A DNA stretch of 64,000 nucleotides from the NCBI GenBank assembly GCA_951406725.2, contig OX597833.1, positions 71,300,001 through 71,364,000 of the forward strand, given 5' to 3'. The notes below the pieces were generated by a model. It was not told where the DNA came from. It was given only the letters and a program-made list of their open reading frames with translations, and searched no databases. This document shows positions 63,320-64,000 of this stretch, piece after piece. The stretch is from Octopus vulgaris (lineage: Eukaryota). The translations under genes and the position numbers were made by a program. How positions within the stretch are numbered: the first letter of the stretch is position 1; each line of letters begins with the position of its first letter.

Positions 63320-64000
63320 TCAAAAGAACTCGCAAGGCCCCTCTTCCAAAATTCACTTGCTCGTAATGAAAAGTACTCCTCCAGTACTGTTCGGACCTCG
63401 TCTACAGAATTCATATTTTTTCCGTCCATATGATTTTGAAGATTGTGGAATAAATGATAATCAGATGGAGCAATGTCTGGCGAATATGATAAGTGGGACA
63501 TTGTTTCCCATTCAAACTGCTCCAGCCTTTGGAATGTCAACCTCGCTGTAAGTGGCCAAGCATTATCCTGAAGGAAGAACAACACCTTTCGTTTTGAAGC
63601 CAAAGATGGTCGCTTTTCTTATAGCGCTGACTTAAGTTGCTCAAGTTGATCCCAGTAGATCTCCTTTGTTATCGTTTGGTTTGGGTTTAAACATTCAAAT
63701 TGGACCAAAAGACCAATCAGATAACAACCCCTTACATGGGTGAAGACCTTCTTTAGCCTGGGGTACCGGTGTTTCTCCGTTCCCTACGTATTGTCTTTGG
63801 CGCTTGACATTTTTTATAGAGAACCCATTTCTCGTCACCAGTCACTATTCGGTCCAAAAGAGGTTCATTCTTGAGACATGACAGCAAAAAAGAGCACACA
63901 TTCACTCAATTTGCTGACTTTTCCAATGGCATGCAGGTATCGATGAATGGTTGAATGGCCAAATCCAAGCTTCTCTGCTAGTTCCTCAACAGTTACGATG
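63320..64000 (-). pseudogene. mariner (DD34D) transposase pseudogene, running off the window edge
   Basis: Contains LDRIVTGDEKWVLY, LQDNAWP and YSPDIAPSDYHLF motifs, disrupted by deletions and frameshifts. Confidence 0.9.

Overview
AT-rich, microsatellite- and retroposon-dense eukaryotic DNA, most consistent with a coleoid cephalopod (Octopus-like). This assignment is an inference from the SINE/RTE families and the C2H2 zinc-finger gene style. The only confident protein-coding region is a minus-strand, single-coding-exon C2H2 zinc-finger gene (ATG 35963 to stop 32418, about 1181 aa). It has a two-module design, each module being a Cys decapeptide repeat, a SUMO motif, an NLS and a zinc-finger cluster. 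Its apparent multi-exon 5' leader (candidate exons 57102-56745, 42988-42854, a 21-nt microexon 42349-42329, and an acceptor at 36140) carries several uORFs, one ending in an AUGA overlap with the main start. The rest is tRNA-headed SINEs, RTE, CR1-like and restriction-like-endonuclease (R4/Dong-type) LINE 3' ends, a mariner pseudogene, TTAA and TA MITEs, a Helitron and simple repeats. The most notable non-coding signals are several minimal type I hammerhead-ribozyme motifs in Penelope-like relics (two sense to the zinc-finger pre-mRNA), a 239-bp near-perfect intronic palindrome, and inverted SINE pairs around a leader exon. All splice models, folds and repeat boundaries were read by eye and are approximate; no database search was run.
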